Origin: Candidatus Hodarchaeota archaeon
GTDB taxonomy: Archaea > Asgardarchaeota > Lokiarchaeia > Sigyniarchaeales > SOKP01
Assembly: GCA_048887225.1 (NCBI GenBank)
Contig: JBHLJY010000004.1
Location: forward strand, 32,001 to 96,000
Length of the DNA stretch: 64,000 nucleotides
Direction: 5' to 3'
The notes under the pieces were generated by a model that saw only the letters and a list, made by a program, of their open reading frames with translations, searched no databases and was not told the origin of the DNA. Positions 28,573 through 37,731 of the stretch are shown here, piece by piece; position 1 is the stretch's first letter; each line of letters starts with the position of its first letter. The position numbers were made by a program, and so were the translations under genes.

Positions 28573-28708
28573 GCAACGGTTGCCTAGCCTGGTACGGCGC
28601 TGGCTTGGAGTGGTCAAAAGCCCAATTAGCCAGTGTGTGAATGCACTCGGGGGTTCAATGTGAATTTTGTATTTCGCAAAAAGCGAACAAATCCCTCCCG
28701 TTGCGCCA
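28573..28708 (+). tRNA. tRNA-Ser (GGA) with two introns (28611-28627 at 37/38; 28659-28690 in the T loop)
   Basis: Acceptor GCAACGG/CCGTTGC, G73, CCA; anticodon stem CTGGC/GCCAG; long variable arm; BHB central helices TTGG/CCAA and GTTC/GAAC. Confidence 0.92.
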
Positions 28709-28773
28709 TTTGTTAAAGTTGAATAAAAAATGAGAATCTTTTAAACTATGATGATTTTTTTTAAAAAATTTGA

Positions 28774-29379
28774 TTAAACATCAGGAAACTGCATTGCAGT
28801 AGCTTTCTGTCCACCAAACATTTGTTCCATTCCTCCCGAAGCTTGTGTCTGCAATTTAAAAATTCTCTGAAGTAGGGTATTAATACCTAACGAACAAATG
28901 AAATACCAAGCAGTAAAATTGATCCACGCGTAGGTGCCAATCCAAGAACTTTCGTCGGCAAATGCCATATTAAAGAAAAAATTTAAAAAAGGCAATGAAT
29001 ATAAGGTTTTTCCCATTGGTGTTGACGCAACCGAATCATTAGCGAAGAACATCCTTAAAATAATAAAAGTAATAAGCATCGGAAGAAAAGTAATACATGT
29101 AGGTTTTAATCTCTGCATTGCCATACCTTGTTGCGTTTTCTTGAGCATCTCCTCTCGACGCTCCCATTTTTTACGCTGTTTGTGATATCTCTCAACGTCA
29201 ATTTCAGCTAATTCTATAATCCTCTTCTTCTCTTCTTGGTGAGCTTTTATTTGCTTCTGTTTCCGTTGAATTTCTTCAGTGTCTACTAACCACTTTGTCA
29301 AACCGACGCTTACAAAGGCAATGATAATAGATAATAATAATATAAAAAACATTGAATCAGGAGGACTTAATAACGACAT
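28774..29379 (-). CDS. DUF106 / EMC3-TMCO1 (Oxa1 superfamily) membrane insertase
   Basis: TM-coiled coil-TM layout, LKP..ITFLP and WYFICS motifs; immediately downstream of secY. Confidence 0.88.
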   Translation of the reverse strand: MSLLSPPDSMFFILLLSIIIAFVSVGLTKWLVDTEEIQRKQKQIKAHQEEKKRIIELAEIDVERYHKQRKKWERREEMLKKTQQGMAMQRLKPTCITFLPMLITFIILRMFFANDSVASTPMGKTLYSLPFLNFFFNMAFADESSWIGTYAWINFTAWYFICSLGINTLLQRIFKLQTQASGGMEQMFGGQKATAMQFPDV

Positions 29380-29486
29380 GGTAATGGCATTTTGAGTTTT
29401 GATTATCTTAATTTGTTATACTTAATAATATTAACACTATTTTAATATTTTTTTTAGAGATCTTTTTTAAAGCTTTGAATTAGATT

Positions 29487-30956
29487 TTAATCTAATCCTA
29501 AGAAACCCCTCATTGATGGATATTGCTGGGCAGCCACCTCTTTGGAAATCGTCTCGGCATATTGATGTATAATACCTATAGCTATTAGAAGTCCCGTACC
29601 TGAAGTCAATGCACCTAGACCATCTGCCATAAAACTTAACAACGCTATGAGTATCCCGTTTAATATGATTAATGTAGGAATATATCTTTGAAGTATTCCT
29701 TCTATGATTTTCGCCGAACTTCGAAAGCCAGGAACCATCATCCCTGAATCTATGATCTGCTGGGCTATATCTCGGGGTGCTAGACCTGATACTTCGACCC
29801 AAATTTTCCCAAGTTTGATACATAAAAAGATAAATATAAATAAATAAATGACCGCCCGTAAAGGATCGTCCATTAATGCCTCTATCCCAAGCGGAGGCGA
29901 AAGATAATATATCAGACCTGAAGTTGGAACAAGATAGCCTCCCGTGCCGGTCCCTGTTTCTTGTCTCTCGAAAGTCCCGAATAAATCAAGCCAGAAATCG
30001 TAACCTTGACCACGTAGCCCGGACTGTGGTCCCGCTAATAATTGACCAAAAAACAATAAATTCGCATATAAAGCATTAACTAAAATAACTGGTATATTAG
30101 AGACATAGAGCAATTTCATTGGATATTTGCCTTTAAAACCTCGATAGCCTCGATAAGCTAACGGAATTTCAACTCGGGTGCCTTCAAACCACACAACAAT
30201 TACAAATATAACTAATGTGGTAATTATTCCTAATAGAGACGGTAATTGCCCTCGTATCCAAATATCATCTAAATTGGTCTCAGGATCGTCATCAAATAAA
30301 ACGTAAAAGAATGCAATAATTATGCCTCTCGGTATACGGCCTTCTCCTGGAGCTTCGATAAAACTGAAAGCGTTCCAAAATATTTGACCAGCGACTCCAG
30401 CGGCAATAAACAAAGATACACCGCTGCCAAGACCCCAACCTTTTTGAAGTAGTTCATCGAGCAATATAATTACGATTCCAGCAAATAATAATTGCATAAA
30501 AATTAACACTATGTTTTGTACTCCAAGTTCAGTTGGCGGACCAAAAGCACCTCCTATTATATATGCAACTGTATTAAACATGGTTAAAAATATCGACATG
30601 ACTTTTTGTGTCCCACTAAACATTGCCCGATCGTATGGATCGCTCATATCGACAGTGATGATTTTAGAACCAAGTAGGAGCTGCATTATAAGTCCCGCTG
30701 TAACTATAGGACCAATTCCAAGTTCCGTTAACGTCCCTCTTTGGCTTGCAAGTATAACTCTTAACCAATAAAAATAATCTGTTGAATCCTCTAGTTCTAC
30801 ACCATATAATGGAATATTTGACATAATTAAGTAAATGATAAGTACCAAAGCTGTCCAGACGAACTTCTCTTTAAAAGATACCTCTCTCTGAGGATTTCTA
30901 ATTTCTGGCATTACTTTTACAAAAGGCGTAAAAAACCGAATGAACTTTCCCGCCAT
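29487..30956 (-). CDS. secY: Preprotein translocase subunit SecY/Sec61alpha
   Basis: GTLTELGIGPIVTAG, GWGLGSGVSLFIA, YPMKLLYVSNIP, PGFRS, SGTGLL. Confidence 0.97.
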   Translation of the reverse strand: MAGKFIRFFTPFVKVMPEIRNPQREVSFKEKFVWTALVLIIYLIMSNIPLYGVELEDSTDYFYWLRVILASQRGTLTELGIGPIVTAGLIMQLLLGSKIITVDMSDPYDRAMFSGTQKVMSIFLTMFNTVAYIIGGAFGPPTELGVQNIVLIFMQLLFAGIVIILLDELLQKGWGLGSGVSLFIAAGVAGQIFWNAFSFIEAPGEGRIPRGIIIAFFYVLFDDDPETNLDDIWIRGQLPSLLGIITTLVIFVIVVWFEGTRVEIPLAYRGYRGFKGKYPMKLLYVSNIPVILVNALYANLLFFGQLLAGPQSGLRGQGYDFWLDLFGTFERQETGTGTGGYLVPTSGLIYYLSPPLGIEALMDDPLRAVIYLFIFIFLCIKLGKIWVEVSGLAPRDIAQQIIDSGMMVPGFRSSAKIIEGILQRYIPTLIILNGILIALLSFMADGLGALTSGTGLLIAIGIIHQYAETISKEVAAQQYPSMRGFLGLD

Positions 30957-31135
30957 TATTCCTTAGTTAAAAGTATTTTTGTATAATATTGTAATCAGTA
31001 AAATATAACTAAAAGAAAAAGGAATTTTAAAAAAAGTTTTTGATTTAAGAAGAATAACAAAACAACCTATTTTAATTATTAAAATAGAAAATAAATACAA
31101 AAAAACATCTATTTTTAGCCAAAGGCCGCTGTCGT

Positions 31136-31432
31136 TTAAAACAATGAACCTATACCAGTGGGTTCTTCTTCCTTAACCTCTTCTTCTTTCGTTTTTTTAG
31201 GTGCTGCTTCTTTTGTTGGTTTTCCTGTAACTGTTGGTGTTGTCATAACTGGAGCTGATGATACGTTTGCAATAATGGTATCTATATCTGTCTCATTTAA
31301 TCCAGCAATTAATTTTGCAATTTGTGATTTATCAGGCGTTACGCCTGCAGCTGTTAATACTTTTTCAATAGCAGCTTCGGTGATTTTTTTCGAAGCTTTA
31401 TGTAGTAAGAGCGCAGCATATATACTTTCCAT
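31136..31432 (-). CDS. rpl12: Ribosomal stalk protein P1 (aL12)
   Basis: MESIYAALLLH...acidic tail GIGSLF. Confidence 0.95.
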   Translation of the reverse strand: MESIYAALLLHKASKKITEAAIEKVLTAAGVTPDKSQIAKLIAGLNETDIDTIIANVSSAPVMTTPTVTGKPTKEAAPKKTKEEEVKEEEPTGIGSLF

Positions 31433-31518
31433 ATTATTTTACCTCTTTTTTTTATTTTTTATTAATTAATGTGAAAAATTTAGAATTTTTAATGATTAAA
31501 TTAAGTTTTTACATAAAA

Positions 31519-32427
31519 TTATCCAAATAAACCTCCTATTCCAACGGATTCAGATTCTTCTTCTTCCTCTTCTCGTTTTTCTTCTTCTGCTTTTACATCC
31601 TCTTTTTCTACAGTAGGGATAATTCCACCTTCAAACACTACAACATTGACTATATTCGCATTACTTACCGCTTTTTTAATATATTCATCTATCATATCTT
31701 CGAAAAAAATAGGCACTTCAAAAAGAATTCGTAATGCAGCGGAATAACATGATCTTAAATCTTGTTGGAATTTTTCTATATCCATATATAGGATTTCTTC
31801 GGAAATTATTTCTCCGTCAGCCCAAGCAAAATGGATTTTAATCAATGATTCTATGGGTTTAATTCCTAATTTTTTTAAGACAGCTGCTTGTTTGATGTCT
31901 ACCAAATCTCCAGCTTTATGAGTACGTGTATCTTCTTTAATCCAGATAGTATCATTTTGAATTCGAGTAGGTAGACGTAATGTCATGTTTAATTCAGAAA
32001 TTACTTGGCCCGTCGGTAATCCTGTATCTCCTGCTGGAACCCATATATCTACTGGAGTGATTTCATCGGGCTTAGCTGGTACCATCCATTCTGTTTCGTT
32101 AAAAATCTTTTTTAATTCAAACATATTAGTGTTTGTAAAAACGAGACTTGATTGTCCTGGAATATTTCTTGCAAACTCGTCTAGATTAGGCTTTTTCGAT
32201 TCCTTTTGATATTTCTCAATGGCTCGGATTTGTAAGTTTTTCTTTGACATTCGAATTTCCGCTTTTCCTCTTAAAATATTGCGCGTGTCTTGAATTTGCC
32301 TATCGTTAATGTGAGCCATTTCTATGACTGCCACATTTTTATATTTCTTAAATAAATCTACTAAATAATCAATCTCGTCTAATTTCCATTGCGGAATTTG
32401 TTTTTTCGAAATCATTTTTTCACACAC
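31519..32427 (-). CDS. rpl10: 50S ribosomal protein uL10 (P0)
   Basis: IPQWK, LRGKAEIRMSKK, VPAGDTG, LKKLGIKP, acidic tail GIGGLFG. Confidence 0.95.
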   Translation of the reverse strand: MCEKMISKKQIPQWKLDEIDYLVDLFKKYKNVAVIEMAHINDRQIQDTRNILRGKAEIRMSKKNLQIRAIEKYQKESKKPNLDEFARNIPGQSSLVFTNTNMFELKKIFNETEWMVPAKPDEITPVDIWVPAGDTGLPTGQVISELNMTLRLPTRIQNDTIWIKEDTRTHKAGDLVDIKQAAVLKKLGIKPIESLIKIHFAWADGEIISEEILYMDIEKFQQDLRSCYSAALRILFEVPIFFEDMIDEYIKKAVSNANIVNVVVFEGGIIPTVEKEDVKAEEEKREEEEEESESVGIGGLFG

Positions 32428-33148
32428 CTACATTTTTTAAGTATACCTCATCAATTTTAATGGGTTTACCCATAGTAGTTTTTATAAACATCGATCTGAA
32501 ATTATTATATTTGTGAGGCATTTGGTCTGCGACATAATCAACAACAGCTTTCATGTTTTCTAAAATTTTATCCATTTCCATTGACTTTTTTCCTATCTTT
32601 ACCTGTAAAACTGGATGCTTTTTAACAATAATTCTTATAATTTTTTTATATCTCTCAATGGCTATTTTAAGATCACTTACTGATGAGATGATTCCATAAC
32701 CACTCGGGAATGGTTTAGGCATTTTCCCTGTGGGTCCCAAGAATCTGGCAAGAAAACGTGCGACATCTCGCATATTTTTGTCTTCAACAATGAAGAAATC
32801 ATATTTTTTTACAAATTTCTTTTTGTACTTTTTTTCTTCTCGATCTAAAGCCGCTAATCCATCTGCATTAAGTGTATCTAGTCCTAAATTTTTAGCTTCT
32901 AATAATATATCATCAGAAGCAATAACACAGACTTTTGGGTTATCATCAGTTATTACATCGTTAGGCAATATCAACTCTTTGTCAATTCTTTGTTTCGGAT
33001 CATTTAAATTAATATCTTTTATATTTATAATCAAATCAATTGTTTCGTCGAAGTTTCGCACTTTATCTTTGAATCCTTCTCGCTTTATAACCGAAAAATC
33101 AATCGCAGCGTTTAAAGACCTTTTTAATAATTTATCGTCAACTTTCAT
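32420..33148 (-). CDS. rpl1: 50S ribosomal protein uL1
   Basis: RNFDETIDLIIN, LGPTGKMPKP, IKTTMG. Confidence 0.95.
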   Translation of the reverse strand: MKVDDKLLKRSLNAAIDFSVIKREGFKDKVRNFDETIDLIINIKDINLNDPKQRIDKELILPNDVITDDNPKVCVIASDDILLEAKNLGLDTLNADGLAALDREEKKYKKKFVKKYDFFIVEDKNMRDVARFLARFLGPTGKMPKPFPSGYGIISSVSDLKIAIERYKKIIRIIVKKHPVLQVKIGKKSMEMDKILENMKAVVDYVADQMPHKYNNFRSMFIKTTMGKPIKIDEVYLKNVGV

Positions 33149-33151
33149 TTT

Positions 33152-33713
33152 TTACAAATCCTCCTTTATTTTATCATCGTATTCTCCATTATTAATTCTC
33201 TCTTGAATGATCCTAGGGTCCTCTCCTTCAACAGTTAGGCCTACAGATAAGGCGGTTCCTAATACTGTTTTAACACCAGTTTTAAATGTTTTATCTAAAA
33301 AGATGTCTTTTTTAGCATTTGCGACCGAAATTATTTGGTCAAGAGTTAAATTACCAATTTTATCCTCTCCTGGATTTGAAGAACCCTTCTCAACTCCAAC
33401 TTCTTTCAATAATAATGAAGCTGTAGAAGGAGTTTCTACAAAAATTTCAAATTGTTTTGTCTCAGGATCACACTCAATTCTCACTGGAACAGTTAATCCT
33501 TTAAACACCATTGTTTTTTCGTTTACAGCATCAATGACATCCTTAATATTGATACCCGTTGGACCTTAAGCCAATAATTCGAAATGAATTATTTACAGCC
33601 GGTCCAATTGGAGGTCCTCCTGAAGCATTAGGGGTAATTTTCGAAGTGAAAGTTTATTATACACTCCCTCCAGTCACAAGGGCCTTTACTACAACCTTTC
33701 CTTTTTTACTCAT
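33152..33713 (-). CDS. rpl11: 50S ribosomal protein uL11, split into exons 33713-33664, 33627-33595 and 33566-33152
   Basis: Joined exons = 498 nt, 165 aa: MSKKGKVVVKALVTGGSASGGPPIGPAVGPTGINIKDVIDAVNEKTMVFKGLTVPV...; the ORF track shows only the last 119 aa. Confidence 0.9.
33567..33594 (-). other. uL11 intron 2 (28 nt, strict BHB, frameshifting)
   Basis: Outer helix TTGGACC/GGTCCAA, central helix GGCT/GGCT (two G-U pairs), bulges GT^A and TA^A, inner helix AATAATTC/GAATTATT; splicing gives GCT GTA GGT (A-V-G). Confidence 0.9.
33628..33663 (-). other. uL11 intron 1 (36 nt, relaxed BHB, contains in-frame stops)
   Basis: Central helix AGGG/CCCT, bulges AG^T and AA^T, inner helix GTA/TAC; splicing gives GGG AGT GCT (G-S-A). 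Confidence 0.82.
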
Positions 33714-33917
33714 CGCTATCAAATTATTATCTTAAATTTGTTTCAAAATATATCATTAAAGGTTTAGGAACGCATCGTTTTTTCAATAGAATTTATTTCA
33801 ATATCTCAATTATATTGAAACCGCTATAATTTGCGTCCTAAGTCTATAAGAAAATATTTTGAACTTAGTGTGTTGGAAAGTGAATTAGAATTAAAAAAGT
33901 TTATTAAAAGATATCGT

Positions 33918-34103
33918 TTAAAATCTGCAACATAATCTTCGACCATAGTCGAGATTGCTCTTCAAATATTCATTCTCCAGTATTTTCATAACTTTATCAT
34001 ACTCGAGATTTAACTTTTTTACAATATCTTCTATCTCAATACCAGGTGTAGATATCAATCTAAAAATCTCTTTTTTTACATCTTCATTAACTTCTTCAGT
34101 CAT
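33918..34103 (-). CDS. Small HTH-like protein ending in LCCRF
   Basis: IEDIVKKLNLEYDKVMKIL resembles a helix-turn-helix; 61 aa. Confidence 0.5.
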   Translation of the reverse strand: MTEEVNEDVKKEIFRLISTPGIEIEDIVKKLNLEYDKVMKILENEYLKSNLDYGRRLCCRF

Positions 34104-34163
34104 TGTTTTTTAGATAATAATTTCTATATTTTAATATTTAGCTTAATTTTTAAAAATAAAATT

Positions 34164-35228
34164 TTATTTCGAACTTTTTCTTTTACCTTCAATTATAGCC
34201 TTCCCTAATTCTAGTACTCTGTCGAAGGGTTCCTCACCATCTTTCCTTAGTTGTAGAATTATTGCTTCTTCTGGACAAACGTTAGCACATAATCCACACC
34301 CGAGGCATAGATCTGTATTAACTATTGCGAAATCTTCCAATTGTATTGCTTCAACTGGGCATCGTTCTACGCAATTACCACATCCAACACATGTTTCTCG
34401 ATCTATTATGGATTCGAACATTGCGTTTAGAAATCTATGTTTATCTAGTCCTTTTTGCGTTATTCCTTTCATAGATGCACAACAACAAGGACAGCAATTA
34501 CATATATTTGACAAGTGTTTGGAATTAACTCCTGCATGAATCAGGCCTGCATTGTCTGCTTCTTCAATAATATTTATAGCCTCCTCAGCAGAAATTTCCC
34601 TACCGACCCCATTTTCAATGTAATATTCAGCTGCAACCCCGAAGGATAAACAGTTTTCTATTGGACCATCGCAACCTTCACCGTTTAATTTTGCTTCTTT
34701 ACGGCAAATACATTCGTATACTGCTATTTTTCTGGCATTTTTAATACTCTCTTTGAGTTTATGGTAAGGGTACAGAACAGTATGAGCTTCTATTGTTTCT
34801 TCAACAGGAAGCACCTTGAATCCCGGTACATTACTTGCCCCCATTTCATTCATATATGCTAAATCATAATATTTTTTAAACATTTTTGCGAGCTCTTCAT
34901 CTAGTTTTCCAACGGAGTACTCATATAATCCAACCATAAACGGTGCTGAATTGTAAAGTGTCTTCCCATCTCGTCTAACACGGAAAATGAGTCCCTTTCT
35001 TGACATTGAATCTAATTTTTCTTCTACTTCTTTTATTTCCGATCCTACTCGTCTAGCAATTCGAGATGCTTTTTCGGGAATAGGAGTTAGGAATATTGCT
35101 ATTTTTGCTTCTTCTTCCGTAAAAAGTCTTTTCAAGATCTTGATTTCAATCCCGTTTGATGTTTTAGGATAGCCTAATGGGAACCGATCTAAAAATTCTC
35201 TTAACTTTAAGTAAGCCTTTTCAGACAT
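34164..35228 (-). CDS. 4Fe-4S cluster-binding protein (N-terminal wHTH-like region, C-terminal 2x[4Fe-4S] ferredoxin)
   Basis: CICR, ICNCCPCCC, CVGCGNCVERCP, CLGCGLCANVCP. Confidence 0.88.
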   Translation of the reverse strand: MSEKAYLKLREFLDRFPLGYPKTSNGIEIKILKRLFTEEEAKIAIFLTPIPEKASRIARRVGSEIKEVEEKLDSMSRKGLIFRVRRDGKTLYNSAPFMVGLYEYSVGKLDEELAKMFKKYYDLAYMNEMGASNVPGFKVLPVEETIEAHTVLYPYHKLKESIKNARKIAVYECICRKEAKLNGEGCDGPIENCLSFGVAAEYYIENGVGREISAEEAINIIEEADNAGLIHAGVNSKHLSNICNCCPCCCASMKGITQKGLDKHRFLNAMFESIIDRETCVGCGNCVERCPVEAIQLEDFAIVNTDLCLGCGLCANVCPEEAIILQLRKDGEEPFDRVLELGKAIIEGKRKSSK

Positions 35229-35355
35229 ATACTTTAACCTCAGTGCTTATTTTGAAATATTGAAAAATAAATAAGAATTTTATTTTTATCATCAATAGGA
35301 CTCTTATTAATTATGAAAAAACCATAGGTTAATTAAATTTATATTACTTATAGAT

Positions 35356-35955
35356 TTGATGAATAACGAAAAGGACTTATCCATCGTAGATTCTGATGAG
35401 AAAATCAATATCATTAATCAAATTCAAGAGATTCTAAATTATATTAAAGTAAAAAAATTTGTTAAATTAATACCAGAAGTTCGCACAAATATCGCAGGTG
35501 CTTTAAATAATGCAATGAAATTGGAGGATGTTGCCGGAGTTGATGGCAGAATTACAATTATCGATGGTATGCCAAAAGCTGCAGGTGATATTAAATTTGG
35601 AACCGCCGAACATACTGCTAGGTTGATTTTAACAACAAAAAAATTCGATAGTTCAATTAATTTTGTGATTAATCTGAGATATAGTCCTGAATTAATAGAA
35701 GCTATTCAAAAAAAAACTAATTTAGAAATGTTTGAGATAATTCGGGAAAATGAACGCGAAGAAAATCAAAAAAAGGAATTAACCACCATGCAGTGGCTAA
35801 TTAAGGAAAGTTTTATTGAAAAAGGAAAGATTCCAGATATCATTTGGGATAAAGGTGCAATCGGCAAAGAACCAATGATTAGATTGTTTGCAAGAAATTC
35901 AAATGATATGATAAAAAAACTAAGTAAAATTCTTGACCTAATTAATAGTGATTAA
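35356..35955 (+). CDS. thiN: Thiamine-phosphate synthase ThiN-family protein
   Basis: LIPEVRTNI, VAGVDGRI, FG.AEH.AR, PDIIWDKG.IGKEPMIR. Confidence 0.85.
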   Translation: MMNNEKDLSIVDSDEKINIINQIQEILNYIKVKKFVKLIPEVRTNIAGALNNAMKLEDVAGVDGRITIIDGMPKAAGDIKFGTAEHTARLILTTKKFDSSINFVINLRYSPELIEAIQKKTNLEMFEIIRENEREENQKKELTTMQWLIKESFIEKGKIPDIIWDKGAIGKEPMIRLFARNSNDMIKKLSKILDLINSD

Positions 35956-36048
35956 TATTTTAAATATAAAAATTTCATATAAATTTAAAAAATATTAAAA
36001 TAGGTTTATTAATTAATTAAAAAAAACCATCTGAATTATGTAGAAACC

Positions 36049-36621
36049 ATGAATGAAGAAATTTCGGAAAGATTAGATGTTAAAGCTAAAGAAAAAACAC
36101 TTTTACAGACTAATCTGACAAAAAGAGTAGCAACGGCTGGAATATTTATTGCGGTTGGGTTAATTTTAAGTTACTTAAATCCCTTTGCCTACTTTACAAT
36201 TTTTGGGACTAAAATCAATCCATTCGCTCACTTCATTAATGCAATGACAGGAGTTTTAATTGGACTATCATTTGCTTGTGTAGTTGCATTAGGTATCGCA
36301 ATTTTACGTTTTGTTCTTGGAATAGGTACAATCCACGCTTTCCATGGGGGGATCTCTGGAGCTGTTGTTGTTGGCCTATCGGCTTATATTTTACGAAAAA
36401 AATCTCCTAAACATGTAGAATTAGCAGCGTTTACTGAACCAATAGGTACAGTATTTATTGGAGGTACAATTGCTCAATTAATCGCACCTCTCGGAGGCAT
36501 TGAGGGTTTATTTATTTATTGGGGATTATTTGCTATGAGCTGTATACCTGGCTGCGTTTTAGGTTATTTAATGTTAAGAGTCCTAAAAAGAGCAGATATC
36601 ACATGGGAAGATTACTTTTAA
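36049..36621 (+). CDS. thiW: ECF transporter S component ThiW
   Basis: PFAHFINAMTGVLIG, GTIHAFHGG, EPIGTVFIGG; adjacent to thiN. Confidence 0.85.
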   Translation: MNEEISERLDVKAKEKTLLQTNLTKRVATAGIFIAVGLILSYLNPFAYFTIFGTKINPFAHFINAMTGVLIGLSFACVVALGIAILRFVLGIGTIHAFHGGISGAVVVGLSAYILRKKSPKHVELAAFTEPIGTVFIGGTIAQLIAPLGGIEGLFIYWGLFAMSCIPGCVLGYLMLRVLKRADITWEDYF

Positions 36622-36643
36622 TAATTATTCCACTTTTTTTTTA

Positions 36644-37237
36644 ATGTTTATGAAATTCCGCGAGAATTTAGATTTCAACGAGTTTATTGGTCATCAAACT
36701 CTATTATATGGTGAAACAGATACAAAAAAGACCTATTATACAGCAAGATTTGTTCAATTTCTTCTAAAAGTTAAAAAAACTAACCCTAAAGATATAACCA
36801 TCTTAGATTTTGCCCCTAAATTGTTTAAATACTATGGTATAAGGATTGGAGGGAAAATCGAGGATTATTTTCCACAGAGCTTAAAATGTAATAATCTTGT
36901 TTTTAAAGGAGAAATAATACCACCCCGGCTAAGGGCAAGTAATAAAAGTGAGCTATATAATAATACCTGTAAAAACTACAAAAAAACTCACGAAATTTTA
37001 AAATTTTATAACGAGAATCCAACTCAAGTTTTAATAATTAACGATATTTCTATATATCTTCATCTTGGAAGTAAAAAATTTTTATTAGAAACAATTAAAA
37101 AAGCAGATACGTTTTTTGGAAATACTTATTACGGTTCTTTTATAGAGCGTAATTTTGCTAGTCTTTTTAGCTTGAAGGAAAAGCGTGTCGTTGAATCTCT
37201 CATTAAAAAAATTGAAAAGTCTTATTCTACGGATTAA
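36644..37237 (+). CDS. Hypothetical protein with a degenerate P-loop
   Basis: TLLYGETDTKKT, ILDFAP, IINDISIYLH. Confidence 0.6.
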   Translation: MFMKFRENLDFNEFIGHQTLLYGETDTKKTYYTARFVQFLLKVKKTNPKDITILDFAPKLFKYYGIRIGGKIEDYFPQSLKCNNLVFKGEIIPPRLRASNKSELYNNTCKNYKKTHEILKFYNENPTQVLIINDISIYLHLGSKKFLLETIKKADTFFGNTYYGSFIERNFASLFSLKEKRVVESLIKKIEKSYSTD

Positions 37238-37282
37238 ACACCTTCTAATAGTAAATTAAGGAGGAATAAAGCTTTTTGTCGT

Positions 37283-37597
37283 TTAGCCAATTTCCATCCC
37301 TTTATATTTTTGTTCTTGAACACTCATTATCCATTTTCTTATATTTTTTACCATTTTAAACACATCTGGTAGAGGACGAATTGATTTATTGACAAATTCA
37401 ACACCTTTCATAGAAATAGCATAATACTTCTTTCCATCTTTTTTAAGTGATTTTTCTAAATACCCTTTCTTAATTAACCTATTTATTTCTGTATAAACTG
37501 AAGATTTTCTATTCAAACCTTCTCTAATTTGCCTTTCCGACAATGGTGCTGAATAAAACAACACATATATAATCTTCTCTTCTGTTGTCCCAAGCAA
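37283..37597 (-). CDS. Winged helix-turn-helix protein
   Basis: PLSERQI...KSSVYTEINRLIKKGYL...YYAISMKG. Confidence 0.75.
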   Translation of the reverse strand: MLGTTEEKIIYVLFYSAPLSERQIREGLNRKSSVYTEINRLIKKGYLEKSLKKDGKKYYAISMKGVEFVNKSIRPLPDVFKMVKNIRKWIMSVQEQKYKGMEIG

Positions 37598-37731
37598 ATT
37601 TGTTCATCTCAAAAAAAAAATCACTCATTCTTTTTCAATTTCTTCTTTAATTAATTCTTTATTTTATAGCAATTTATACTTATATATTTAAAAAATAAAT
37701 TTAAAACTATAATAATCAAGATGATGATTAT

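Noticed and set aside
28405-28617. 70-aa minus-strand ORF
   Set aside because: Antisense to eL14 and tRNA-Ser
29467-30771. Alternative-frame and antisense ORFs within secY
   Set aside because: Overlap a highly conserved gene and have no recognisable features
33152-33713. uL11 as a pseudogene or sequencing-error frameshift
   Set aside because: Both inserts are discrete hairpins with BHB geometry, and removing them at the predicted cut sites restores the conserved sequence with no other lesions; read-level confirmation is still needed
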